DNA of 64,000 nucleotides, taken from NCBI RefSeq assembly GCF_009914755.1, contig NC_060927.1. The stretch is one strand, 5' to 3'. This document shows, one piece after another, positions 45,475-58,544 of the stretch. The notes below the pieces were generated by a model. The model ran no database searches. It had not been told where the DNA came from and was given only the letters and a program-made list of their open reading frames with translations. The position numbers and the translations under genes were made by a program. Each line of letters opens with the position of its first letter. Position 1 is the stretch's first letter. The stretch comes from the human T2T-CHM13v2.0 reference genome, Homo sapiens.

Positions 45475-45917
45475 GGAAGAGCTAGAGACAGGTAGCATAG
45501 AGAAAGGTCTCCAGCACCTGAAGCCACTTAAGTGGCTCTATCCTTCCTAATTCACATTTCTAAAAATGGGCATTATGCCCATTTTTTAATTTTTAAGAAG
45601 GTCTTGTATGTATAGGAAACATCAGTTTTGTAAACTGATAAAACATCATCAGCATTTCTGCAATTATACAGTAACTTCCAGGATAAAGATAGATAAATAA
45701 GCCTTAAAAGAAAGACTGTCATTTATGGTGAGAAATTTCTAGGAATTCCTGAAAGGTAATACATAGAAAGGATAGTAGAAAGGGTAAACTCTACTGAGGA
45801 ATAACCCAGGTGAAGAGCAATTGAGTGGTGATGCTGGTGGGCATGGAATAGACAGGACCTTCCTCGGAATTAATTAAAACACAGAGAAGGGAGTGAGACC
45901 TGGTGAATCATTGAAAT

Positions 45918-46147
45918 AGTGGTTGTCACACTCCAATCTACATAAGAATCATGGGTAGCTTGCTAAAATTCTATATTACAGTATGGCCTCTCCCACAGAC
46001 TCAGCCTCAGGACCAGATTTCTGGGCTCCTTTTCCACAGATAATCTGGTTCTATATTTATGTCTGGGGTGGCTCCAAGCAATCACATTTTTAATGCACTC
46101 CCCACATGATACTGATTCAGGTGGTCCAGTGAAACCCACTCTGAGGA
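45918..46147. mobile_element. MER5-like hAT MITE
   Basis: AGTGGTTGTCACACT..AGAATCA..CACATTTTTAATGCACTCCCCACATGATACTGAT..CCACTCTGAG. Confidence 0.6.
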
Positions 46148-46935
46148 ATTACATATGGACCATTTAAGCCAGCTGGCCCCTCATCAATACCCTACAATCA
46201 GCCCTGTGTGAAGCAGCATTTGCAGAAGCATCTATACTCAGACTAACACAATGAGTATGTGGACTAGAGTCAAACAGCCTGGCAGCTACTGAATCCCAGG
46301 AGAGACCAGGGTCCCCACAGCCCAAGACAAACCTCCAGTGCCCCCACCAGGTAGCATACCCTGCCCCTTCATTACACCTCTAAAAACAATCAGGGCAAAA
46401 ATAAACAGCAAAGCAGACAAGCAAACAGAGGATCTTAAGTCTGAGGATTCAACACAACCAAAGATTACTAGGTATGTGAAGAAACACCTCCCCCCAAGTC
46501 CCCCCAAAAAGTGGCTATGAATTCACACAGAAAATCCTTAACACCCTAGAAAATTGTTAAATAGCAAACAGATATTAGAATAAGTATAACTGATATCCCC
46601 CAAAGTATGTCCAGGATTGTAACCATAAAAGAACAGACGGTTATGGCAGGCTATTAGGAATTCGGGAGATTAGAAATATCAGAAAAATGATCCCATTCAT
46701 GCTAAAAATGAATACCAATGCACATACACATGCATATGGATTTAAATACATTGAATAAATGATAGGATTACAAGTTACCTCTAGAAATGAAAGTGTGGGC
46801 TGTGTGGAAATTCTTATCTCACTCTATTATATATTGCTTGAATGCTTTACACTTTGGATATATTTATTTTCATGTATGTGATAAGAACAAAATTTACTTA
46901 AAATGATTTATAATCTGTCACTAAGAATATGTCTA

Positions 46936-47361
<426 letters not shown>

Positions 47362-48008
47362 TCACCTACTGCTCATTTAACTGATAATTTGAACAATAGT
47401 AAACTTTTGACCATCACAAAGTACTAATTTTTAAAGCTCTTACTTGGCCTTTCAACAGCATCTGACAGTTGACCAATCTGTTCTTGGGACAGTCTCTATT
47501 ATTGAGATATAAATATCAGCGTTCTCCTGATTTTCCTCTCACCTTCCTGTTCATTCATGAAAATTTCTTCCTGGCAAGCAGAAGGTGGCCTGGTGGCATT
47601 CCAGTGTCAGTGTACAGATCCATTTTTCACATGGTCCTAACTTGAACAGGCTATGTTTATTTCATTTATTTATTCAATACAAAATGTTTACTGAGAGCCA
47701 GGACTATTGTGTGCAGGCACTAGATATTGGAGTAACAAGATTGGCACATTTCCATAGAGTTACTTTTCAGACAATGCTAAGTGCCGCAAAAATATAAAAT
47801 AGGCATAATAGAATGTGAGTAGTGGAGAGGGGTGGTATACTTTTGACAGAGTGGTCAGAATGGCATCCCTGAGTAGATGATCTTTAAGTTAAGATATGAA
47901 TAACAGAAAGGAGCTAGCCATGATTACATCTGGGAGGAAGGAGATCAAGACAAGACCCTACGTTTCTTGGAAATCAGTTTTACAAGTTCAAAAAACATGA
48001 AGGCCAGT

Positions 48009-48790
48009 TGTAGTGACAGAATAACGGCTCCCCAAAGAGTTTCATGTCCTAATCCCTGGAATCTGTATGTTCCCTTACATGGCAAAAGGGACTTTACAAA
48101 TGCGATTAAGAATTTTGAGGCCAGGCGTAGTGGCTCATACCTGTAATCCCAGCATTTTGGGAGACTGAGGCGAGGCAGGTGGATCCCTTTAGGCCAGGAG
48201 TATGACTTGGCCACCATGGTGAAACCCTGTCTCTATTAAAAAATACAAAAATTAGCTGGGTGTAATGGCACACACCTGTAATTCCAGCTACTCAGGAGGC
48301 TGAGGCACAAGAATCTCTTGAAACCTGGAGGCAGGGAGGCAGAGGCAGTAGTGAGGCAAGATCGCACCACTGCACTCCAGCCTGGGCAGCAAAGCGAGAC
48401 TCTGTGTCAAAAAAAAAAAAAAAAAAAGAATTTTGAAATGGGGAAATTATCCTGGATTATGTGGGCAGGCCTAATGTAATCACGAGGATCCTTATAAGAG
48501 GAAGCAAGAGGGTCAAAGTCACAAAAGCAGATGTGAGTATGAAAACAGAGATTGCAGTGATGTGATTCGATGATGGAGGAAGGGGCCACAGGACAAGAAA
48601 TACAGGTGGGCTCTAGAAGCTAGAACAGGTAAGGAAATGAATTCTCCCCTGGAGCCTTCAGAAGGAACACGACCTGGTGACACCTTGATTTTAGGACTTC
48701 TGACCTCCAGAACTGTGAAATAATAAATTTGTATTGCTTTAAAACACTAAGCTTGTGGTCATTTGTTACAGCAGCAATAAGAAATTAAAT
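48009..48790 (+). mobile_element. MLT1D-like MaLR LTR interrupted by an Alu
   Basis: TGTAGTGACAGAATAACGGCTCCC..CTTACATGGCAAAAGGGACTTT | Alu | ATGGGGAAATTATCCTGGATTAT..TTTGTTACAGCAGCAATAAGAAA. Confidence 0.85.
48119..48427 (+). mobile_element. Alu nested in the MLT1D LTR
   Basis: Full dimer, long A tail, TSD AAGAATTTTGA on both sides. Confidence 0.95.
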
Positions 48791-49159
48791 TGACCAGTGT
48801 TTCCTGAAGAGTTTCTGAGGAGTTTGGATTTATAAGGAGAGCAATGGGAAGCTTGGGGAGAATTCTAAGAGAGTAATCTAATCTGTTTTTTAAAAGGTCA
48901 CTGTGGTTGCTCCTTCAAGAATGGACTGGAGTAGGAGTAAAAGCAATATCAGGGAGTCTGGGTGGAAGGCTGTGCATTCATGCAAGTGAGAAGTAATTAT
49001 GGTTTAGCCTAAGACTGTAGCATGGAGATGGAGAGAAATATATGTCAGAGGTCAATCTGATTTACTGATAGAGAAAATGTGACTGGGGAGCAAGAAGACT
49101 GGAAGTGAAACGAAAGAATAAAGACGGGCTTGATCCTTTTTGCATCAGGGTAGACAGTT

Positions 49160-49350
49160 GAGAGGCAGCAAAGTGCAGTGACTGAGAGCTCAGACTCCAG
49201 ATCCAGACTGCTGGGGTTCAAATCCCAGCACTACAACTTAGTAGTTACGTCAACTTGGGCAAGTTTCTTTTCTCTTTCTCTTTGGTCTCAGTTCCCTAAA
49301 CCATAAAATGGGAATAAGGGCTTCTTTGAGGAGTGCACAAGATACATAAT
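49160..49350 (+). mobile_element. MIR
   Basis: CCAGACTGCTGGGGTTCAAATCCCAGCACTACAACTTAGTAG..TTGGGCAAGTTTCTT..CTCAGTTCCCT..AAAATGGGAATAA. Confidence 0.75.
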
Positions 49351-49588
49351 GTGTTACCTTTTACTATCATCATTGTGTTTGTTTCATTTACTGAAGTGGG
49401 AAATTCTGTGAAAGAAGCAGATAAGGGAGTGGAGGAATCAAAAACAATGCTTTTGATTTGTTAGAGTTGAGATGCCTTTGAGACTGCACAGTGGAAATAT
49501 CAAGGAGTTAGTTTAAGAATGGCTGTTCCATATAAGCGAATGGAGTGGCATATAGCATCACCTTTCAAAGTGGGGGGAAATAGCTAGC

Positions 49589-49648
49589 TATTGTATTGTA
49601 TTGTATTGTATTGTATTGTATTGTATTGTATTGTATTGTATTGTATTG
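49589..49648. repeat. (TATTG)12 pentanucleotide microsatellite
   Basis: Direct reading. Confidence 0.95.
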
Positions 49649-50173
49649 GCAGGAGCAGCAGGGACCTTTCTGAAGGTTTACTTGTAACAATTGAAGAGAA
49701 AGGATTACCACTATTTGCTAAGAGTAAAAGAAGGAATGCAATGCTTAAAGAGATGTAGACATTCTTTCTATTCCATCCAATTTATCCGTCCTAATGAAGG
49801 TGAAGATAACAATTGGGTAACAAAGGTAGACCATAAAAAGACTGGCTTAACTGGTGTGGGGCAGGGGAAGGAACCATGCTGAGGGGACTTCCTAGGATGA
49901 TAGGTGGCTTTAAAAAAATGCAGCCCAAATTTATTATCTACATAGTAAAATAACCACTAAAAGGAGTTCTTCTGTTCCTGCTTCTAGATTTGGGAAAGTG
50001 TACATAACAGTCTGAACATACAGTGAAAGTTGTGGTAGGGCTGCTGAATCTCAAAGGCATTTGTAAAAGAAACATTTTTGTTTGATTTCAAAGCAAATGT
50101 GTAAAACTTGGAAAATACAAGGATATACAAAAAAGTCATAGTTATATTTTGATATATTCTTCTAGTCCATTTT

Positions 50174-51319
50174 CCTTTTTTAAGTAATTTACATTTTATT
50201 TTCTTATCATGAATAATAAAGTCCACATTTCAGTTCCCAGGCAATATAAAAGTGAATGTTTTACATATAAGACACCTACATGTAATGTGATAACATGGGG
50301 CTTTGGGGTTTTTTGTTTTTTGAGGTTTTGTGAGCCACTATGATTTACTAGACTATTTTAATTAGTCTAGTAAATCATCTATTTTAATTAGTCTAGTAGG
50401 CCATCACACAATTTAAAGCTGTGCAATCATAACAAGGCAATCTTCAAGCAATTAAAAACAACGAATTGTTGAACCAATCTGGGAGATCTACTGAGTAATC
50501 TGGCCTTTCAGGTAATGTCAAGTGGAAACCCTGTTTTCTCTTTCCATCTGAGGATCATTAAAAAGAAAAAACAAACCTAAACTAAACCAAAAACCACTTG
50601 TTCTGACTGAAAGTCAGGATTCAGTCCATGTGACTTGGAGACATGCTCTTCAGCTGGTTGGCAGAGGCACTTTCACTCCAACATGTGCAGGAACACCAAG
50701 AGGTCTACCTCCATGCCTGCAGCCCATTGTGCAAGCTCTGGAAAGTTGCCTGCTTCTCAAAGCGCTGCCACCAACAGACAAAGGCCTCCACCACCTACAA
50801 GTGCACATTGTGGAGATGGTTGGCCTTACAGCGGTAGATATCTGTCTAGAACAGTACCAAAGACAGCACCATGGACTTCCACTTAGGGCCCAGCCTCTGG
50901 GTCAGCTGATTAATCTGCCAGTTTGTTGGGGAGCTGATGATGTGCGAGGGGATCCCAGTCATCGTGTCACCTGCAGGCAGCTGAGTCATGGCTTTTTCCC
51001 TTGCTTTCTCCAGCTTCTCCCTTACCCACGAAAATTCCTGTAGCGAATCTAGGAAAGTATCAAATGCTTTAGGACCCCTGGAAAGTAGGCTATGCAGCAG
51101 CAGCATTGTTTTCTTGAGGCGTGTGGCTTGATCTTTAATTTCTTGGACATGGTTTCCTGTCAAGATTCCTTCCTGGTAAAGGTACTGAAGAACCAGTCCC
51201 TCCACCAATGCCTCTGCACCCAGCTTCAGGCAAAGTAAGCAAAGCACTTGTTTGTCTCTGGCCTCCATTTCTCAGTCTACAATGATGTATCTTTGATGTA
51301 TCTTTGAGGGGGAGGGAAC
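50174..51319 (-). pseudogene. Processed pseudogene (retrocopy) of CRADD/RAIDD
   Basis: ORF 51268..50846 [47 protein letters not shown] is CRADD-like. Homology continues past a TAG to ..LHMLE* at 50673. No intron between CARD and death domain. AATAAA and a decayed poly(A) near 50175-50200. 13-bp TSD TCTAGTCCATTTT at 50161-50173 and 51320-51332. Confidence 0.93.
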
Positions 51320-51387
51320 TCTAGTCCATTTTTCTAAGTAGTTTGCATTTTTAACATAATTGGGAATATACTTTATGCACTGTTTTG

Positions 51388-51684
<297 letters not shown>

Positions 51685-52194
51685 ACTTTATCTACTGTTT
51701 TGCGAACTTTTTGCTTAGTGATATATCCTGGACGTTTTTCCATGTCATTACTTTATACATTTATGGAAAATTATTAAATGGCTACATAATATTCCAATCT
51801 ATGGATGAACCATAACTTATTAACACCTTGTTTTTAGAATGTCAAGTTTTTTATTTGTATAAGTAAGGCACTTGGAAAATTCACGTAGCTAAGTCTATTC
51901 ACACACAGTTATTTCTTTAGCATAATTTTTGCTAGAATCAAACTTGAATATTTTTAAGGCTTTTAATGCATAATAACTCACTGTCCTCCAGTAAGCCTAT
52001 ACAGATATGTAATCTCAACAGTGTTTATAAATACTCATTTCTCTGCTTCCTGGACAATAGTGGGTATTATAACTTTTAAAATTGATAAAATTTGTACCCC
52101 TGCATTTCTAGCTCCTTGTATTCTTTTCTTTGTGACTCACCTGAGCCTTTGCCCATTTTTCTAACTGTATGTTAATATTTTTCTATTTCTTCTT

Positions 52195-53480
52195 TTCTAA
52201 TGTTTTATTTGGAAATAACTTCAAACTTACAAAAAGTTGTAAAAATAATAATAGTTCAAAGAGCACCCAGATAGTCTTTACCCATTTTCACCTAGTGTTA
52301 ACATTTTAACTCATTTGCTTTCTCTCTCTCTCTCCCTCTTTACCCTCCTTCTCTTCCTCCCTCTCCCTCTCTCTCTGCACACACACAGACAGAAAGACAC
52401 ACACACACACAAATTTTTTTCCTGAACCGTTTTGAGGATAAGTTACATGCAACATAGCCCTTTACCTCTAGATACTTCAGCCAGCCTAATCAGTGTCATA
52501 AATTTACATACAATACTTTAATCTACCATCCATATTTCAATTTTGTCAGTTGACCTAATGATATCTTTTATAACATTTTCTCTTCTAGTACAGGATCCAA
52601 TCTGGAGTTAATCTACTCAGATATCTCTTTAGCCTCCTTTAATCTAGAATATTTCCACATTTTGTCTTTGTCTTTTAATGACACTGAATTTTTTAAGAAT
52701 GCAGAACCCCTCACACTTTTTAAAAATAAAAAATTCTTCATTTTTATTGGTCTGATGATTCCTCTCTATTAGATTAAGGATATGTATTCTTAGCCAGAAA
52801 ACCACATAGGGGGTGATGTGTCCTCAGGGCATCACATCTGGAGGCACATGATAACAATTTGACCCCAACTGATGATGTTAATTTTGATCACCTGATCAAG
52901 ATGTTGCTCAATTTTTCTGCATAATTACTGGGGGGTTTGTTCTCTTTCGATTAATAAGAAGTCTAGAAGAGACACTTTAAATGCATGTAAATATACTGCT
53001 TTTCACCAAAATTTATCCTTAGATATAGCATCCATTAGTGATTTTTGCCTGATCTCAGTTTTACTATAGCGATTGCTAAATGATGACTTTTTAAAATTCC
53101 AGATCATCCTCCCCATTTACTAGTTAGGCCTTACCATTCTACTGTAAGCAAGATCCTACCTTCATCTATTTATTTATTGTACAGACTCATCAATTCCTTT
53201 CTTTTAATGGCTTATAATTTATTACTGTACTGAATTATTTTGGTGCTCCGATTGTTCTAGGTTTAGTAAGTAGAAGCCCCTTCAAACTGGCTCTTCTGAA
53301 ATTAGAATATTATGTCATCATCTTTTGTAAACACTTTCTTACTTTCTGGCATCACAAAATATTTCAGATATACTTACTTTGCCCCAGCCTTGAAATCAGT
53401 TATTTCTATGAGTAGTCCTGGTTCCTCTAATAGGGAATGGTGATAGAAGCCCAGATCTGGGTTCTGAATCTGCTCATGTG
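52195..53480 (-). mobile_element. L1MC4/5-like 3' end
   Basis: TTTTATTTGGAAATAACTTCAAACTTACAAAAAGTTG..TGATGTTAATTTTGATCACCTGATCAAG..CCTGGTTCCTCTAATAGGGAATGG. Confidence 0.75.
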
Positions 53481-55208
53481 CTACTTGATTGTAGTGATGG
53501 CTTCATGGGAATATACATATGTCAAATGTATCAAATTATACACTTTAAAGATGTGCAGTGTATTATATGTCAATACAATACCTTAATAGAGACATTTTTA
53601 CAAAAATAGGGCAGTGGCAGAGAACATTTATAATGGCTTTAAAATAAAAGCAAAATTAAAATATAGTGTTGAGAGATAAAACTTAGGTAATAAAGCCCTA
53701 AGGAAAATCAGTGATTACAATATTATTCATGAGAATGGTTACTTTTAGGGAGCGGGGAGTTGGCTATGATTGGAACCAGGGACAAAAAGGACTTCTAGAG
53801 TAGCTGGTAAGGTTTTATTTTTTAACCTGGATGGTAATCACCAGAGTATTCTTCTTATAATAATTCATTATATTATATAATTGTTTTATGCTCTTTTCTG
53901 TATCTTACAATTTTGTTATATTTTATAATAAAAAAGATTTAAAAATAAATGAATATTGTGTATGTTCATGATGGTTTTTACATTATTACTAGAAATTAAA
54001 GTCATTCTGCAAGGAGGGCATTGATAATCTTACATAATTCATTGTGTGATTTACAAGCTATTTTGAGATATTTTCAGATTATGACTTAACGAGTTAATGA
54101 ATAGTCTGAATACATTTAAATTGGATATTAAATTTTTAATATATTAACCTTTTGAGTATTGTTACAAAACCCAATCATATAAGATCAAGGCAAAGTTTTC
54201 TTTCAGTTTTAGATCTTTCATTTGGTTCTTTTTAATGGTTTTTATTTCCCTGCTGAGATTTCTCATCTTTTTATTAATTAGAATAGATTTTCCTTTATGT
54301 CTTTGAGCAAAGTGAATAATTACTTCTTCAAAAATCTTTGTCTGCTCATTTCAATATCTGGGTCATCTCAGAGTCAGTTCCTATTAACTGTCTTTCTCTT
54401 TAGAATGAGTAACACTTTTCTGAATACTTTTTTACTATGTTCTGGACATTGTGAACATTATGTTATAGAGAGTCTGGATTCTGCTATATTTCTCCAAAAA
54501 ATATTGTTGTCGTTGTTATTGTTGAGAGTGGTGAAGTGGTGTTGCTTCACCTCAAATGGCAATCTCTGTCCAGGATAACAGCTCAATCTCAGTTCAGTTC
54601 TTTTTCTTTAACTAGGCTGCTTGGAATATGCTTAATACATGTGTAGTTCAGGGGCAGAATTTATGTGGAGTATTTGGGACTCTCTTTCTCCGGCTCTCGC
54701 CTCTTCAGCATCCTTTCTTTACTTTCCAACAGCTGTGGTTGCCCCAAATACCATGGCCTCTGGTTCTATGGGCCAGAAAGACTGACGATTTCTCTAAGAG
54801 TTTTAGTTCCCCTGCAGGGTGCTGACTGGGGGCTGCCCTCAGGCTTAAAATTATTTTTAATAGCCCAACCCCATGCTGTCACCTCATTCCAACTGTCAAC
54901 TTTCCTCCAGAATCTCCCTGCTTTTAGTCACTTTCCAATACCTTCACATAGGTATTTTGGGTTTTGGTTTTGTTTATTTGTTTTTGTTTTTTAGTGTTGT
55001 GCAGTTTATACTTTTTATTTACATGCAAATCAGTCTGACAGAAGCTTTGTTGGCCAGTATAGAAGTAAACTGAATGTTTATTTCTTTAAACAAATAATAA
55101 TATGATGATGTTAAGAAATTTCTTCTATTGATGAGTAAAATAATGCTACAGAAAAACATATACTTTATTTTGAAATAATATATTTTAACTTCTTTTGTAT
55201 TATTTTAG

Positions 55209-55286
55209 GAATAAATCTAATGAAGCTGATGACTGTCAAAGAGAACTTAAAAAACTGAAGTTTGAATCCATTATTTCTGAGTCACA
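55209..55286 (+). CDS. LEKR1: Internal coding exon, 78 bp, phase 2-2: NKSNEADDCQRELKKLKFESIISES(Q)
   Basis: Acceptor ttgtattattttag|G and donor TCACA|gtatgc. In frame with both flanking exons. Confidence 0.85.
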
Positions 55287-55629
55287 GTATGCATTACCAA
55301 TTTTTAAATTTATATTTTTAATAATTGAACTTAAAACTGTATTTAAGTAACATTTTATTTAAAAGGCACTTATCATTTTTTATTTTCTTATTGTTTACAT
55401 ATAAAATACCTAATTCAAGCTTATATTATCTTGCAGTTGGTTATTGCTGTTGCCACTGCCTAGATGGGAAAATATTAACATTATAGAACCATTCTTTTTT
55501 TAAAATTTTTAATTTTTTAAAGTTACAGTTATAATCTATAATTTCAAATGAGCTCTTGATACATCTTTGGTAAATATAAAATGTAGTATATAATGTATGT
55601 TGGTGGGTGTTTTTCCTATTTCTTTTTAG

Positions 55630-55833
55630 GCATACTATGCTGCTTAAGGAAAAAGAAGACTCTTTAATGACTTGTCAACAGATATATAAAGCATTACAGG
55701 AAGAGCTGACTGTGAAAGAAAAGCAAGAAGAAGACATAAAGAGAAGAATTAACCTTGCAGAAAATGAACTGGAGATAACCAAAACTCTTCTGAATCAGAC
55801 AAGGGAAGAGGTTTTAACACTGAAAAATGAAAG
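55630..55833 (+). CDS. LEKR1: Internal coding exon, 204 bp, phase 2-2: HTMLLKEKEDSLMTCQQIYKALQEELTVKEKQEEDIKRRINLAENELEITKTLLNQTREEVLTLKNE(R)
   Basis: Strong polypyrimidine acceptor tttttcctatttctttttag|G and donor GAAAG|gtgcag. L/E/K-rich heptad pattern (ORF track 55607..55849). Confidence 0.88.
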
Positions 55834-58106
55834 GTGCAGTAAACAATAATTTCTTACAAAAACATTTTATGTTTAAGTTAGTATTCCATATATATTTGCA
55901 ACATCAGTGTCTGACATATTATAACAATAGTGAAATCACAGGACTAAAGATATATTTCTCCTACAAGGTCATTGCATCCCACCACCTCATTTTACAAGTG
56001 ATTAGACTGAAGCTCCAGTTGGTTACATGACTTGGTAAAGTTGCAGTTGGTGAAAGTAGGAATGAAGCCCAAGTTGCATTTGGTGTCAAATTCTTCTTGA
56101 AAAAAAAAAAAATCAGACCACGTGTGATACTTGTACTACTAAATTTCACCTGGGTCAGTGATTGGTAGATTCTATCATTTTTCCAACAGAAAAGATCTTT
56201 TTATATCACTTTTTCCTTCTATTGGCTCCTACTTTTCTTCTCTCCTCCTTGTCTGTCAGCACATCTTGTTGGAGGATATGGCACAAGCAAAGATACCTCC
56301 TTAGGTGGTATCGAGGATACTAAGAAGTACATTGGTCCAGGCTTCCAAGATACTTTTGTTTAGTTAATTTGTGTTTAACCTTATCTGTAATTAATATTTC
56401 AACCTTACTTTCTTTCTTTTTGTTTTCATTTGCCTGCTATGTCTTTGCTCATTCTTTCTGAATCCTTTTGTTTTAAATGCATATCTGATATATAGCACAA
56501 ATCTTAGGGTTTTTTTGTTTCATTGATTTAAAAATCTGGGCTTCTTTAAGAGATTATTTCATTTACATTTACTGATATAATTATTATATTAACTAAGAAC
56601 ACAAGTTTCATAAGGGCAGGAATTTTTGTTTTCTATCATTTTCTGTGCACAGAAGGCACATGATAGGTTATTTGTTTTTCATTCTTCCTATCATTTTTAT
56701 ATTTTAGTTTATATTTTATTTTATGAATATAATTTAGAAGAGTTACAATCTTTTTTTTCTTTGAGTCCTCCTTTGCAAACCTGTTTGCTGAGTCTGGGGG
56801 TGGGGACCAGGGTAGTGGGTAGCAGTTATCTTAGAATTAGATTTTTTTGTCTCAGAACTCTTTCTTGCCAACACTGTTCCCTGGGCACCAAATCTGTTTC
56901 TACACCAGGCAAGCAGGAAGTCTGTGTAGTTCATAGGGAAACAAGGCTTATCTCTCGTCCGTCCTGGGATGATTTTATAATTACTTATATTTTATTGAAT
57001 AAGATTAGCAACTGCAGAGCTGATATCCCCCCACCATTTACTCTTCACCCTTCAACACCGAAAATGTACCCTCTACTTAACTGACTATTCCACCCCACCT
57101 CCTCTGCCATTTATTAGAAGCTGCAATTTTATAACAATGAAATGTATAAGAGCCAGGCTTATTAATAAAAAAAGGAATGATAGTTGAAAGATTCAGCATG
57201 TGTAAGCAGAGATAAAACCTATATATGCTAACGTATATAGTCAGAAAGATTAAAATCAGTTATGTATTCTATACAAAAGACACACATCATACATCTTTGA
57301 AAAGACACCATGGAATAAATACAAATTTTCAAAGTATTTGGTTTAGAACTTTGGTTATCTGAGCAGTGCCTATATTACCCAGAATATCATATTTCCAATG
57401 GTGCCAGATTAATTAGGCTTAATTGTTTAGTCAGATGAATGCTGTCTCCTTCACTGAAGTCATTGAGAAGAACCTGTCTTTGTCTAATTGTTTCTGGAAC
57501 TCTTCTCCAAGGACTGGCTTAAGCACATGTTTTAGACTCTCGTCAGTATGACAGATCTTTATCCTTTAGGAATACACTGAATATTTGAAACAGTCTCAGA
57601 TAGGTCCAGTGAAAATAAGTCCAGTGAATATGATGGGAAATCAACCTGGGAAATACTATTGGGGATCAAAAATAAAGTAAATTTTTCCCCTTTTTCTATG
57701 CTTAATAAATTATCTCTGACTGCAGTTTGAAGAGGGGAGTTTTATGAATGCTTTGAGGATTAGTAACCTCAGTAGAATATATATATAGCTTTCTTGGGGA
57801 ATTGCTTTGAAATAGCATTCACTTGGATGTATATGTTTTGCCATGTTTTTAAAAAAATTATTATGACTATAATCTTACCCTCTAAATGTTGAATGAGAAG
57901 GACAGTTTCTATCAGCTTTCAGAGAATAGTGACATCACTGACCTAACTCCTATTCTTCTTCTTTTCCTTTCTTTTTTTTCTTGTATTATTGCCCTTGTAC
58001 TTTCTTTATTCTCTCTGCTTTAGTCTATCCAGAATATACATGTACTTAGTAATTGGTGACACTAAGTTTACAGACATGATGTCTGTCACATAATAAAAAT
58101 AAAAAT

Positions 58107-58404
58107 GACAGACACGGTGGCTCACACCTGTAAGCCCAGCATTTTGGGAGGCCAAGGCAGGCAGATCACTTGAGGCCAGCAGTTTAAGACTAGCCTGGCC
58201 AAAATGGCAAAACCCCATCTCTACTAAAACTACCAAAATTAGCCGGGCATGGGGGCTCATGCCTATAATCCCAGCTACTCAGGAGGCTGAGGCACAAGAA
58301 TCACTTGAACCTGGGAGGCAAAGATTGAAGTCAGCTGAGATCACGCCATTGTCCAGCCTGGGCAACAGAGTGAGACTCTGTCTCAAAATAAATAAATAAA
58401 TAAA
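58107..58404 (+). mobile_element. Alu (J/S)
   Basis: Full dimer with (TAAA)n tail. Confidence 0.95.
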
Positions 58405-58544
58405 TTTTTTAAAAATGTCCTTGTAGACCAGTAGGTTATCATGTGATCACAGGGTTACTCCTAAACATAAGCGTTGCCTTCTTCTTTTTTCTAGGCTACT
58501 TTCAGATTTTGTCTGCCTTGTCCTCTAACTGCCCAGAGCCTGCC

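Larger units (their letters stand above)
43980..45679. repeat. Long inverted repeat: 211-bp arms (43980-44190 and 45469-45679), ~1.28-kb spacer
   Basis: GGAAGTTACTGTATAATTGCAG...CTCTTCCATCTAT is the gap-free reverse complement of ATAGATGGAAGAG...CTGCAATTATACAGTAACTTCC; about 13 mismatches by hand count. Confidence 0.95.

Noticed and set aside
50630-51043. Plus-strand 137-aa ORF and overlapping ORFs
   Set aside because: Antisense shadows of the CRADD retrocopy coding region.
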